64,000 nucleotides of DNA from Eledone cirrhosa (Eukaryota): contig OZ024750.1 of assembly GCA_964016885.1 (NCBI GenBank), forward strand, positions 3,906,001 to 3,970,000, in the 5' to 3' direction. The position numbers were made by a program, and so were the translations under genes. Numbering within the stretch: the stretch's first letter is position 1; each line of letters opens with the position of its first letter. Of this stretch, positions 12,512 through 27,338 are shown piece after piece. The notes below the pieces were generated by a model. It was not told the origin of the DNA, searched no databases, and saw nothing but the letters and a program-made list of their open reading frames with translations.

Positions 12512-13509
12512 TGTGGTTAACCAACCCCATCAGTTCCAGACGATAGCCGACGCTGGGGCATGAAAGCAGGTGTAGTCCAAAAGCCGTTTATTCTAGACAC
12601 GCAACCAACATTTATTTTCCTCGCAGATTTAACTTTTAGAAACGAAACCTGATTAAAGAAACACCAATACAGAGTCAGTGGCTATCCAGCTGGGTACCAG
12701 ATGTCCAGTGGCCAAATCTCTGCTCCGGTTAACATCCCCTGTCCAGCTGGGTACCAGATGTCCAGTGGCCAAACCTCTGCTCCGGTTAACATCCCCTGTC
12801 CAGCTGAGTACCAGATGTCCAGTGGCCAAACCTCTGCTCCGGTTAACATCCCCTGTCCAGCTGAGTACCAGATGTCCAGTGGCCAAATCTCTGCTCCGGT
12901 TAACATCCCCTGTTCAGCTGGGTACCAGATGTCCAGTGGCCAAATCTCTGCTCCGGTTAACATCCCCTGTCCAGCTGGGTACCAGATGTCCAGTGGCCAA
13001 ATCTCTGCTCCGGTTAACATCCCCTGTCCAGCTGGGTACCAGATGTCCAGTGGCCAAACCTCTGATCCGGTTAACATCCCCTGTCCAGCTGGGTACCAGA
13101 TGTCCAGTGGTCAAATCTCTGCTCCGGTTAACATCCCCTGTCCAGCTGGGTACTAGATGTCCAGTGGCCAAACCTCTGCTCCGGTTAACATCCCCTGTCC
13201 AGCTGGGTACCAGATGTCCAGTGGCCAAATCTCTGCTCCGGTTAACATCCCCTGTCCAGCTGGGTACCAGATGTCCAGTGGCCAAACCTCTGCTCTGTTT
13301 GACATCCCGACTGAAGTATACTAGAGTCAATAAGATGACTACTGTAACTGGAACTAAAGGGGTGCTGTGTTGTTCATGGCCTTTCCCCATGACGTAAGTG
13401 AAATAATTAGAAACGGAAATGAAAACTTGATCGGAAATTGAGTTCTTCCAGGAACTTAACCATATGTTCTACACCGCTTGCTGCCACCCCCCACACAGAC
13501 TAAACCACA
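12512..13509 (-). mobile_element. Probable LTR containing a minisatellite
   Basis: TGTGGTT...AACCACA inverted termini; minus-strand AATAAA near 12590; PBS-like gtgcgacccc adjacent on minus; no TSD. Confidence 0.45.
12685..13307. repeat. 57-bp minisatellite, about 11 copies
   Basis: Unit ccagctgggtaccagatgtccagtggccaaa(t/c)ctctgctccggttaacatcccctgt. Confidence 0.97.
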
Positions 13510-13539
13510 ACAAACGGAAGTAGTTAAGCAAACAGTAGC

Positions 13540-13977
13540 AATAACAACAACAACAACAACAACGGTAACAACGTCATTATAATCTAACAGCTGCACAAGA
13601 TTCAATACTAGGAAATACAACAACAACAACAACAACAATAATTGAAAAAACAGCCACAAAACTGCATCTCAACCTCGTCAATATCGACCACAAATACTTA
13701 AGTAAACAGCAACGACAACAACAACAGTAATAGCAACAATAACAACAGCAACAGCAATAACAACAACCACAAATAATGACTTCCAGACTAACGACAACAA
13801 CAACAACAGCAATAGCAACAATAACAACAGCAATAACAACAACTACAACTGCAACAATAACATCAACGATAACAAACAGTATAAACTTAATGGCAAAGAG
13901 CGACGACAACAACAACAACAAATAACGACTTCAACAACAACAACAACAACAATAACAGCAGCAACAACAACAACTAC
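13540..13977. repeat. Degenerate (AAC)n trinucleotide tract
   Basis: Direct inspection. Confidence 0.9.
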
Positions 13978-14195
13978 TGACTTAATACAAGATGCAAATC
14001 CACTTTGCACTAGAGCACTGCTTATAGTCGGACCTCCGTCGTTTTCGACGACGAATGCTACAGTATATATATATATATATATATACTGGAGCATTCGTCG
14101 TCGAAATCCAGTATATATATATATGTGTGTGTAAATAAATATATATATATATACTTATTTATATCTATACACACACACACACACACACACATATA

Positions 14196-14395
14196 TACGT
14201 GAGTCGGCTGAAAAGTTCAAAGGCTGACCAAGATACCCTCATGGAATGACGAAATGAGGTTTATTTTTTCAACATAGTATATGGAAAGAAACAATGCAGT
14301 TAGCTATTAATAGAGTTGAAATTAGTGCATGCAAGATTTCACAGCTCTTGCGTCACTCCTTCATAGTCAGCCTATGAGCTTTTCGACCGACTACT
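14196..14395. mobile_element. mariner-like MITE
   Basis: TIR tacgtgagtcggctgaaaagttcaaaggctgac ... gtcagcctatgagcttttcgaccgact; same family as 16170, 50590 and 52940. Confidence 0.75.
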
Positions 14396-14824
14396 ACAAC
14401 AAAGGTGCACAAACAATAGATCCTCCACCATTCCCTGTGTTAGTCCTCCTCGGGGCCATAATCTCTCCGTAACAAATTATAATATATTACAAAATACATA
14501 AAACGGAGGATTACGCCTCATCGTAATCAATTCATACAGACCAACTAGAGTACGAAATATAAAAATGGAAGTTAGACAGACCACACAGACTTGTTAGGAG
14601 CAGAGTTTGTTGCACGTCAAACCTCATCTTTCTCAGTCCCTCGCAATATGGGAAAATTCACCTTCAAACACCCCATACTTCATACTTCATGTATTGTATC
14701 TCTTTTGTAAACAATTCTTATGTATGTATATATATGTGTGTGTATCTATGTATGAATGTATGTATATATGTATGTATATATGTATGTATCTCTCTCTCTC
14801 TCTCTCTCTCTGTATATATATATA

Positions 14825-14860
<36 letters not shown>

Positions 14861-14943
14861 GTAATAATAATAAATTTGAAGACTAAAATCCAAAGAGGGC
14901 TCGATAAGGATAAAAATATATCAAATATATAAGAGCCGTAGAG

Positions 14944-14981
<38 letters not shown>

Positions 14982-15127
14982 TAAGGAGCTTACGACAGGT
15001 TGGGTATAACATTGAAAGGGGTTGAGGGTGATTATAAATTTGTGTTTGTTTGTGTAAATTGTAAATGTTATTGTAAATGTTGTTGCTATGGAGCTAAGTT
15101 AATCAGTGGTTTTTCAACTTCTCTCCA

Positions 15128-15333
15128 TAGATGACTATTTCGTGTGATATATTGGAATAGGTGACTATTTCGTGGACTATTTCGTGTTATATATTTAAAT
15201 AGATGACTATTTCGTGGACTATTTCGTGTGATATATTGGAATAGGTGACTATTTCGTGTGATATATTTAAATAGGTGACTATTTCGTGTGATATATTGGA
15301 ATAGGTGACTATTTCGTGGACTATTTCGTGTGA
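15128..15333. repeat. Compound minisatellite built on gactatttcgtg
   Basis: About 9 copies of the 12-mer within about 30-bp units. Confidence 0.9.
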
Positions 15334-15557
15334 TAGATCTGAATTTGTGACACCCCTTCGAAGGTTTCGTTCAGAATGTTTTAAAAAATTGGTGTTTTAC
15401 CAATGTTTCAAGTGAGTTCGAAATACGATCGAAGTGTTCATTGCCTTTCATTATCTAGGGTTCGATGTTCGATGATGTATTAATAATACATATCTCTCCA
15501 ATAAGATCTTCTGCTGCATATATTTTTTTTAAATCATCAAATTTCTGTTATAGTTGT

Positions 15558-15714
15558 TACCACCACCACCACCACAACCATCATCATAATCATCGTCGTC
15601 ATCATCGTCATCGTCATAATTATCATCATCGTCATCATCATCATCATCATCATCGCCATCGTCATCATCGCCATCATCAGCGCCATCGTCATAATCATCA
15701 TCATCATCATCATC
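15558..15714. repeat. (CAT)n-type trinucleotide tract
   Basis: Direct inspection. Confidence 0.9.
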
Positions 15715-16169
15715 AAGTTTGCAAACCACCATATGCTTAGATCCTGCGACACCTGTTCTGAGAGACGAGACCCAAAGTTCTTGGTTTTATGTTTTTATAA
15801 GTTAGGACGCCCACATATTATCCCGCCCCCAGCCAAACTTGTGAGAATGATGCGGTGATTCGTTACACCTGAACATCTGTAGGTTAACATTTGCAGGATA
15901 AACATTTGCCAGAGAACTACGCTAAACGAAACCAAGGAGCAGGTGGTAGTGGTTAACAGGGTGACGTGTTAAATCTACCACCCAAAGTCCTCATCGATGC
16001 ATAATACCTTCTTCCAAATCTTCCTTCATTTGTCAATGTTCTACCAACTTACAGTGCCTTCACTTTAAAACTTACCCTCTCTCTCTCTCTCTCACACACA
16101 CATACATACACGCACAACCACACACACACATATAAAAACAGTGTTTTTTTTCAGAGTCTATTGCTTAAA

Positions 16170-16243
16170 AATAAACCTCATTTTTTCATTCCATGAGAGT
16201 ATCTTGGTCAGCCTATGAACTTTTCAGCAGCCAGCCCCTCGTA
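16170..16243. mobile_element. mariner-like MITE end
   Basis: ggtcagcctatgaacttttcagc...cccctcgTA. Confidence 0.65.
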
Positions 16244-16325
<82 letters not shown>

Positions 16326-16463
16326 TATTTATTTATTTATTTATATGATATATACATATATATACATATATATTTATTTACAAATATACACAGACTTATA
16401 CAAACATATCTTGATACAAGCAAACGCACACACAACCACACGCGTATATATATATATATATAT

Positions 16464-16629
<166 letters not shown>

Positions 16630-16653
16630 ATATATATATATACACATACATAC

Positions 16654-16714
<61 letters not shown>

Positions 16715-17052
16715 TACACATACACACATATGTACGCCTCACACGGATATAATATACATGCGATAGCTTAAATATGTTTATGTATGTCTAATTAAATTTT
16801 GATGATATTTAAAATGCTTTAATTAGATATATAAACACTATTACACAGCTGAGCATTCAGAGGAAAAGAAACATACTACGTTTTTTTAAGAAAAAATGTT
16901 ATGAACCAAAAATTGCTGATAAATATACATTTAATATAATTAGCAAGGAGGTTTTGTAGCCCAGAGGAAATGTTGAGATTTTTAGAAGTTTGGTATGTAT
17001 GTATGTATGTATGTATGTATGTATGTATGTATGTATGTATGTATGTATGTAT

Positions 17053-17640
17053 ATTCTTCTTATTTCATAATTTCACAAATTTTTGCCAATAGAGAGAGAG
17101 TCGGTTTCTAACATAGACACAAGACTCTCTCATTGGAATTTACACAACACCAACTAGGTAGATATGTATGTATGCCTGCATGCATGTGTAGATATGGATG
17201 TTATTGTATGTGTGGATGTTTTAAGTTGTATGTGTGCACGTGTATATGCTTAGTATCTGTACATGTGTATGTGCAGTTATTAGATGCAAAATTATTGGAA
17301 TGTTTTACATATTTTAACTGTTCCATTTATAGATTGTACTTGTAATTTCCTAACTAGTTGTGTTCTTTCTGTTCCTGTGAAGCCTAGCTTCTCAAGATTT
17401 GTATTGAGGCAGCTACTAACATATCCCAGTGCCCCAATAATCACAGGCATAAATCTGAATGTATAATCAGGATGGAGTATCTGCAGATTTCTCATCAGTT
17501 CTGCATAAATATTCTCCTTTTCGCCAATCTTTGACATTATATTGTTCCTTTGTTCAGGTGACAAACAGATTCTTATCTGGACATTTCCATTTCTTACTTG
17601 TGTTTACACCGTTACACCAGTATGACATTCCACGTATCGT
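17053..17640 (-). mobile_element. R4/Dong/NeSL-like (REL endonuclease) non-LTR 3' fragment
   Basis: ORF 17292-17564 KIGEKENIYAEL...PVIIGALG...GTVKICKTF; upstream WNV..RCKH remnant; 3' UTR ends at an (ATAC)n tract. Confidence 0.8.
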
Positions 17641-17764
17641 CTGTCAGATGAATTATTACTGAAATTGTAAGACTAATATCATTTATAACGTGGCAGAAAA
17701 TTTAACACTTCGTTCTTCTTCCCATGTTTGTTGGTCATCTGCTGGCCGTCTGCTTTACCACGTG

Positions 17765-17868
<104 letters not shown>

Positions 17869-17912
17869 CTATCTATATCTCTCTATGTATATATATATCG
17901 ATTTATTTAACA

Positions 17913-17967
17913 AACTCACAACCTCCCGATTGCAAGCCCAATGTTCTAACCACTAAGCCATGCGCCT
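17913..17967 (-). mobile_element. tRNA-SINE head fragment
   Basis: ggcgcatggcttagtggttagaacattgggcttgcaatcgggagg, similar to 6480-6532. Confidence 0.65.
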
Positions 17968-18566
17968 TGACACACACACACACACACACGTACGCATACA
18001 GACACACGCATATATACATATATATATATACAGAGAGAGAGAGAGAGAGAGAAAGAGAGAGGGGAGAGAGAGATATAGAGAGGATATATATAGAGAGAGG
18101 TTTAGTTAGGCCAACCGTCTCGCGCACACGTATGCACGAACACACATACACACATGTATACACACGTATACACACATGTACACAGGCATAAATACACACA
18201 TGTACACAGACATAAATACACATATGTATACACACATGTATACACACGTATACACACATGTACACAGACATAAATACACACATGTACACAGACATAAATA
18301 CACATGTATACATACATGTATACAGACATAAATTGCACACATGTATATAGGCATAAATACACACATATATATATACACACATGTACGCAAACATAAATAC
18401 ATGCGCTGTCACATACTTTTGGAAAATATATATTTTCAACACTTCTGAAAGAGTCAGAACAGTTTAGTTGAAATTCTATAAATAAATAGTTTAAAAAGGT
18501 TACGAGTTAGACGATGGCTCTAGCCTCTTGCTGATGCTGTATCTCTGCCAATTACAAGTGCATTGT

Positions 18567-18608
<42 letters not shown>

Positions 18609-18923
18609 TTGCATGGATGTGTATGAGTATGTGTACGCTTCTGTATGTATGTAAATATGTGTGTGTGTGTGAGTGTTTATGATCCGAAAATATTACAGAG
18701 CTGAAAACAATGAAGGGAACGCCTACATGGTCGGACAGCCCTCCTTGTGTAGATGTAGGCAAATCTCCCATTATTCCCACCGTCTTATATAAGAATAAAG
18801 GCACATTGGATTGTCACGGCCGGAAATACATTTGATGATATATTAACTGGACCAAAGCTGATAAAATACGATGATCATTATAAAGTCGTGTTGGTAGACT
18901 TTAATTAGTTCTTAATTATAAGC

Positions 18924-19118
18924 CACCGGTGGATTGGCTGTATCAGTAGAGAGTCGGACGCCATGCATCGCAGCATAGAGTTACGGCCCTTTACAGTCTG
19001 AGTTCAAAAACTGCCGAGTTTAACTTTGCCTTTCATCCTTACGGGGTCCATAAAATAAAGTACCAGTAATGCACTGAGATAATTGCTGGCCTTGTGCCAA
19101 AAGTAGAAACAATTATAA
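18924..19118 (+). mobile_element. Abundant tRNA-derived SINE (Meta-domain-like core)
   Basis: ggattggc...gagttcaaa...aactttgcctttcatccttacggggtc.ataaaataaagtaccag...ccttgtgccaaaagtagaaacaattat. Confidence 0.85.
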
Positions 19119-19299
19119 TTCAATGGGAAAGTAGTTCTGTTCAGCGAACAACTGAAAACGTATCAACGTATTAGACGAGAGATGAATTCACTTTTATTCT
19201 TTGAAAATGTTTGTAAATTGCAGGTGTGGCTACTTTACAATACCTGATAGTAGTCAACAGCGTGGCATACATCCTGTACACGACCTAACGAGAAACCTG

Positions 19300-19760
19300 T
19301 CAATGGTGACCTAACAAACATATTAATAGCTTTGATACTTTACCGTTTACTTTTCAAATACATGAATGGTTTGCTTATCTACTTCATAAGATCATTTGTT
19401 GACATTTACGTAGATAACACTACAGTCTGTGGTCGTATATCGAGAAACCATAACAATCCTTGGGAGCTGATCTTTCCCTTGACTTCAATCGTACTGTTCA
19501 GTTGGGAAACGAGCGACTTGTTACCTTTAACACCTCGAAAACTAAACTTCTCTCTTTCCACCACTATTAGAATGTTCCCATCCTGTTTATACGAATAGTT
19601 CTTCATTGAAAGAAGCTCCTTGAATTGATCGACTGACTCTGGGGCCTAAAATTCACTCCAGATCTTCGTTGGCATTCATATATTTAATCAGTTGCCAAAA
19701 CCTTTGGAAAAAAATGATGCCATTCTTCTATCGTTGAAGGAAATATGAGTACTATTTGAG
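19300..19760 (+). mobile_element. Degenerate CR1/L2/Jockey-group reverse transcriptase fragment
   Basis: LLFKYMNGL...VDIYVDNTTV (YADD-like), then frameshifted LVTFNTSKTKLLSF and DLRWHSYI. Confidence 0.7.
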
Positions 19761-20294
19761 GTAAATTTGGCTACTATTTTTAAAAGACCGAAAGTCTACG
19801 TAGAGGTTCTTTCGTTGGCTCGTAATGGTGTTTATTTTGTTCTGTTTTGGGCTGTTTTTTCGTGTGAACACCACAGAATAAGAGTTAAAGAAATCAATGA
19901 ATTTAACGAGACACAACAAAAAATATATTTCCCATAGTTGAGAGAACAATAGAAAGTTGTGATGTTTCATGGATTTTATTCTAACAGAATTGGTAGTTTC
20001 TGGAATACAAACCACATCTGGACTCAATTAGTCAGATTCTTGTGTCACCCTTCATACTGTTTCAACATATTAGTTTGATCAACCATTCCATAATCATATT
20101 TTAAAGAGACTAAATACAGTTCCTTACATTGGTACAAGGCTACAGAGACATATAGTAGGTTATAGGCCTGCTGAAAAGCGGCCTATAAATGCGACCTTAT
20201 GAAAGGAATCTGAATTATACATTAATAAACACAATTTTCTTAATTACATAGTCCTATATTTGTTTTAATTGCCCTACATTTATTTTAATTGGTG

Positions 20295-20411
<117 letters not shown>

Positions 20412-21033
20412 TTTAAGCAATAATTTAAATGTGGATTTCGTTTATTTATGTATGTGTGTGTATGTGTATATATATATATATATATATGTGGGTGTGTATA
20501 TATATATATATGTGTGTGTGTGTGTGCATGTGTGTATATATATACATACATAAACGAAATCCACATTTAATTATTGCTTAAATATTTCATGTACAGCGTA
20601 AAACATGTCAAATCTATGAAGCAGTTTATAATTTGGCAACTCTGTACCATCTAATCACGTGATGTCTAAAGCCATCAAAAGTTTATTTCAAATTTTAATT
20701 TCATACTTTACTACTTATAATTATATTTTCACAATAAATGGCATTACATGTGGCCTTATTAGATTACACTCGTTTGATTCACACACACACACACACACAC
20801 ACACAACTGGATACCAACCCGGAATACACCTAAACTTACACCAGGAAATCTTTCATTGAAATTTTCTTTGCTTCTTGCATTTAAATATGCCACGACTCTC
20901 TACCACTTTTCCTATACTACAATCTTCTTACACCACCTTCTTCTCACCTGTCTATTTTTCACTCCCACCCTAGTACCTTCAATCCAATTCCAACCTGCCC
21001 GTCCCCTCAATCTATCTTATTTCTCATTCTTTC

Positions 21034-21065
21034 TTCTGATGAAGGACTAGCGTCCGAAACGTTAA
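21034..21065 (+). ncRNA. Minimal hammerhead motif (family E)
   Basis: tt-CTGATGA-aggac tagc gtcc-GAA-ACGT-T-aa; helix I is only 2 bp; tail to 21153 shared with 29536-29650. Confidence 0.65.
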
Positions 21066-21151
21066 CCCCTCTTCTTGCTATATCAAGCGTTAACCTAATA
21101 TATCCCTTCCATATACTGTACCGATTGTGTTGTTATTTCTGTTTACCTTTT

Positions 21152-21268
<117 letters not shown>

Positions 21269-21690
21269 TGTGTATGTATGTGTGAGTGTGTGTGAGTGAG
21301 TGTGTGTGTATGTATGCATGTATGTATGTAGACATATAGACATGCACATACGTAAATAATCGCAGACAGTCACATACACAGGTAGACAACTAGACAGACT
21401 CCCAGACAAACACACACGCACACACACACACACACACACATGCACTCGATATTTATGTGTGTGTATGCAAGTGTATCCGTATGTATGAGTGTATATGAGT
21501 GTATATATGTGTGTATATATGTGTATGCTTGTGTATCCGTGTGTATGAGTGTGTATGAGTGCATGCTTCGCAACGCCTTCTGAAATTCCTTAGCAACAGA
21601 TGGTTGTTGGTGAGGTAATGCCGCCTGTTAAATATAAAAGACATCAACGTGTACTGGAGAGAGATATAGTGAGATAGTGAGAGAGGGGAG

Positions 21691-21770
<80 letters not shown>

Positions 21771-21984
21771 GGCAGCAATAAGAGGAAAAGAAAAGAAGGA
21801 TAAAAAAGGTGGGAGGAGGGCTAGAAAGATAACAGGAATAAGACGAAAGAAAAAAAGGAGATAATTCGCTGCTGGGGTAGGGAAAGGATCTTAAAGGTGT
21901 TGTCTTCATGCTGAGTATTACTGGAAGAATACAGTCTAAATATTTTCCCTCTTCAATGTACCTCTTACAGAGAGTTAGGAAATC

Positions 21985-22110
21985 ACCTGGCACCATCAAA
22001 ATTTGCAAAACATTCTTGCGATTCAAGGGATAACAATTTCTTTTCTTTTACAACCTTGCCACCAGGAAGGTGGCCGGTCAAAAATATACTCGAAATTAAG
22101 AGAAAGAGAA
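21985..22110 (+). mobile_element. REL-type LINE extreme 3' end
   Basis: GTIKICKTFLRFKG* matches GTVKICKTFQ* of the 17292 element. Confidence 0.55.
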
Positions 22111-22284
22111 ACATAAAGAAATTAAAAGAGAAGGAGAATGAAATGCTAAATGCAAGAATATATATAGGTTAGGAAGTGGTAGCCAAAATGAGAGGAACCC
22201 ATAACAATTAAGAAATTATAAAAAGAGGATGATAAAATGAATTAGAAAACATTATTTACTTCCTATATTTATGGTTGCTTTTGT

Positions 22285-22880
22285 CATCATCACCATCATC
22301 ATCATCATCATCATCTGGTGGTCTCAACCGAAATGAACTCAACAATTGATCTCCACGAGGGTCTGTTGTTCATTGCCGTTGCTAAATCCTGGATTTCAAC
22401 ACCAGAATCTCTGGAGATGTCATCGGAGTAGGAGAGCTTGCGCCCCCTGTTATTAGAGACTGCTTGTCTAGAATCTCTGGAGATGACATCGGGCTAGAAG
22501 AGCTTGCGCCCCCTGTTATTAGAGACTGCTTGTCTAGAATCTCTGGAGATGACATCGGGGTAGAAGAGCTTGCGACCCCTGTTATTAGAGACTGCTTGTC
22601 TAGAATCTCTGGAGATGACATCGGGCTAGAAGAGCTTGCGCCCCCTGTTATTAGAGACTGCTTGTCTAGAATCTCTGGAGATGACATCGGGGTAGAAGAG
22701 CTTGCGACCCCTGTTATTAGAGACTGCTTGTCTAGAATCTCTGGAGATGACATCGGGCTAGAAGAGCTTGCGCCCCCTGTTATTAGAGACTGCTTGTCTA
22801 GAATCTCTGGAGATGACATCGGGGTAGAAGAGCTTGCGACCCCTGTTATTAGTGACTGTTTGTGGTTTCCAAAGCGCTAA
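22285..22880 (-). mobile_element. RTE LINE 3' end with internal tandem amplification
   Basis: LWKPQTVTNNRGRKLFYPDVISRDS...GVEIQDLATAMNNRPSWRSIV, then a (GAT)n tail. Confidence 0.75.
22404..22860. repeat. 66-bp minisatellite, 7 copies, alternating A/B variants
   Basis: Units start every 66 bp from 22404 to 22800. Confidence 0.97.
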
Positions 22881-23568
22881 TGGGGACACAGCCTCGTAAG
22901 TGTCCACCTCCGACAATAGATTGCAATTCTCTCAACCCCATTGAACCACCTCAACTAGATACCTGCTCTGTTATTTAGTATGCTCACTAGTGGTATGATA
23001 CACCCTGAGCTTATTGCATGGCCAGTAAATATCCTGGTTAAACTGTCCGCTAATCTGTACCATGTCCGCTAATGGTTCGTATCTTGTTCTCAGTACTGTA
23101 TAAGTATGTTGCGTAGACAATAGACTAGTTCACTGATAAATACTCTAGTTCACTTATCCGTGTATAGGTACGATTGAGTAGAGACAAGTCGCTGTCTCAA
23201 ACATCCTTAAGGGTAAATACAAAAGTAGACATAGGACATTGAAAAAAATAAATAAAAAAAATAAAGAGGAAATATATGATATATGCTGATGTCGTTGTTG
23301 TTGTTTGTATATATATGATATCCTAGCTATGACACTGTCAATTCCGTGACCTAATAAGGAAATATGCTCAGTTAAGCATATTATCTCTTGGGAAGAGAAA
23401 AAAGACCCCAAAGAATCTTTCTAATAACACTGATATTAACGTCAATAACCACCATTGTAGCTTGCTTACAAGAAGAATCAATTGGTAATGAAGTATTTCT
23501 GACAAGGAGTCAAAGATCTTTGGGACAAGGTTAATTTAATCTTCACCATACGACACCCGTATTCATTT

Positions 23569-23630
<62 letters not shown>

Positions 23631-24113
23631 TAATATAATATAATATATATATAATATATAATATAGTTTATATATATATATATATACATCTAAATATATA
23701 TGTATAATATATATAAATACATACATATATATATACTATAGGATGGATGTATATATATATATGTGTGTGTGTGTGTGTATATATAGACTATAGTGTTTTT
23801 AAATTGACCCTTTAAATGAGGTATGTCACTGGGGTATTCTATTTAATAAAGCGTTGTTCATTTGCTTCAATTGTGAGGTTAACTAGTAAACTATGTTTAT
23901 TGGGTCGTATATCTCTCCTACTATATATATATTCTCTAGTGACCAGTAAATCATTCCGAAATTCCAAGACATTATTCTTATACACCCCTTCCTCTACAGA
24001 TAATATAACCTTTTTGTCTTTCTCAATGCTTAGATTTTTGGCCCTCTCAACACCCACCTCTTTCGATATATAGACATATATATATATACATATATATATG
24101 TGTATGTATATAT

Positions 24114-24159
<46 letters not shown>

Positions 24160-24541
24160 TTATTTTTCACACAATATCGTAAGCATCTCCAGATGGAATA
24201 CCTCGATAATGCCAAAGGGGAAACTATTTCATTTTTCACACACCAAGGAAAGGAATAGCTTCTTCCCAACAGAACTAAATGCCCAGTTTAGTTTTAGAAA
24301 CCATGAAATTCCAAATTAGACAAGAATTATTTCCCCCTATCTACCCACTCTCTACTTCTTTTTGTATTTCCGTCTCCTCTCTCTCTCTCTCTCTCTCTCT
24401 CTTTACCGTTCTCTGTCTGTCTATATGTATACACTCACACACACAGACAGACACAGACACCCCCCCCCACAAGCTTATATATGTGTATATTTATATGTGT
24501 GTGTGTCTGTATATATATATATATATGTGTGCGTGTGTGTG

Positions 24542-24583
<42 letters not shown>

Positions 24584-24625
24584 TACATATATATATATAT
24601 ACATACATACATATATATATACATA

Positions 24626-24656
<31 letters not shown>

Positions 24657-25230
24657 CCATATATATGTGAGTATATATATACATACAATATAAATGTAAA
24701 CATATATATAAACACACACACATAAATATGTATATATACACATATATGAATATATATGTGTGTGTGTGTACAAACACACGCACAAGTTTGTATGTATACA
24801 TACGTGTGTATGTATGTACGTATTTTAGTTACCTAAATCATATTCTGTATTGCCTAGGATAAAATTAATCATGATAAATATATTTTTCATAAGACAAAAC
24901 ATATGTAAACAAAATATGTAACATTAGATAGTCTTCAGGATGTAAACTAGTCCCTTGTGTTGTCTTGACGGCTGCGCTCTCAATGACCTTAAGAATTTAA
25001 AGACCAAGAACTTATCTGAAGCGGAAAGCAAAATTTTGCCAGTTATGTTTTTTTCCCGTTGACAATATGATAATGTTAAGTTATTTCCCCAACCAGACTT
25101 GTGTCATTACATGGCTTAAGGTTTCCGAGTTTTCAAGAAAGCGTGGTAGCTACTTCAATTTTTAATTGTCATCGGATAACACAGCACTTGCTTGTTATCA
25201 TAAGCATTGGTGTGGAGAGAAAGAGAGAGG

Positions 25231-25290
<60 letters not shown>

Positions 25291-25666
25291 AAAATTGCAA
25301 AGTAGTTCAAGTACCGAAATTAATCTAAGTTTTCTTTTTAACTGGTATCTAATGCCGTCTTCTGAACTTCTGAAGATCTGCCGAACGTATTAAGATTTGT
25401 TTTCCAGAAACTAAAGTATAAGACCTTGTTAGAAGGATATTTGGGTTTTAGATTTATTCGCTAAATAGGATATTGTTACGAAGAGTTGACAGTATTAAGC
25501 ATTGAAGCGCATGTTTCTTCTTAGTTTCCTACTCCACAACCGTTTCCTTACAGACATTTTAACGATCCTGTGAATAAAATAACGAATTCTTACTCATGCA
25601 TAATACAATGATTCCGGGGTTTTTAAAAAAAAGATTTATATCAGAAATATCTGGAAATATATGGTC

Positions 25667-25757
<91 letters not shown>

Positions 25758-25839
25758 ATATGTATATATATATATAAAACTACTGTGTTATTTTTTCCTA
25801 GACTGTAATCTTGCGAACAAGTATTGTCCGCACCCTGTA

Positions 25840-25890
<51 letters not shown>

Positions 25891-26017
25891 CGAACGAAGT
25901 GTGGTAAGGAAATTTTAACCATTGTCTGAACTACAAAATGAGTTCGAACATGCATCTTTCTAGATATCAGTTTTAGATACCATACTCCCTTCTTAAGAAC
26001 TGTTTATATATATAAAT

Positions 26018-26082
<65 letters not shown>

Positions 26083-26166
26083 TATATATATATAAATATA
26101 TATATATATAAATATATATAAATATATATATATATAATATATATATATATAATATATATATATAAT

Positions 26167-26269
<103 letters not shown>

Positions 26270-26513
26270 CAAGGACGAATGGTTACTCCTTCATTACGTT
26301 TATTGGTTGGTGATTAGCTACTGATCCGCTCAAGGTTCGTGCTGTATCGATATAGTCCGACTCTGGAATCAAATGCTCATCGGACCTCTGTGGTAGTAAT
26401 TACAGAATCAATTATACTACATTCTGACTAGCTCTACACCTCCATACTGACGTGAACCTAAACATCGCCTGCTCACCCGGGTGAACCTACAATAACTCCG
26501 CGTTACTCTCCCT

Positions 26514-26666
<153 letters not shown>

Positions 26667-27338
26667 ACTGGAAGGTAATATCCGTAGTGGTAGAGCACTC
26701 AGTCCATGGGACGAGTTTGGTAGAAGTGGTTACACAACAGTTAGTTCACCATACCGAGAGAACAATTGTTTCACCTTAGCGGATCCTCAGCTCGGACTGG
26801 TCATGGTTATACGGAACAGGAAGAACAATTGTTACTACTTCTATATATTATACTTCTGACACACTATGTTGCTTCTATCTATTTAATATATCTTCTATCT
26901 GTCTGATTTATGACTGAGTTTAATTTAGTGGAAACAGAAGACAAAAAGAACATAAAAATAAAATACAAACTACTGCAGAACCTGAAGATATATTTTACAT
27001 ACGCATCAAATATTAAATTCTCTTGATTAGGCTCGAAGCCAGTTTTTTTATGAGAAAGAGAATAATCTATCAATGCTATCACAGTATATGGCTGGTTCTT
27101 ATCTTGTAGACATCTAGAGAGGTTGATGTCGAAGTTACAAAGTCACCGACATCAGTACATGTGTTTGTTTAAAATCAACTTAGCCCTGATTAAAGCAGAC
27201 CACACCTTTTTTTCCGAATGTAGTATATCTAGGACAAAATTATCAAATGTGCTCTTCGAGTTTAAAGACGAAATTTCGATGGTATTTTCAGCAAGCCTAG
27301 GGACCACATAGAAGCCCTCTCGTTGGCTTAAACATACT

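Noticed and set aside
12701-13156. CPAGY-repeat (EGF-like) coding exon
   Set aside because: One Cys per unit, an internal TAG at about 13154, no supporting neighbouring exons, and other frames are equally open
22382-22819. Ser/Pro-rich repeat protein
   Set aside because: A different frame matches the RTE ORF2 C-terminus with its tail
23839-24065. PLE GIY-YIG fragment (EANEQRFIK)
   Set aside because: Similarity too weak to call without a search
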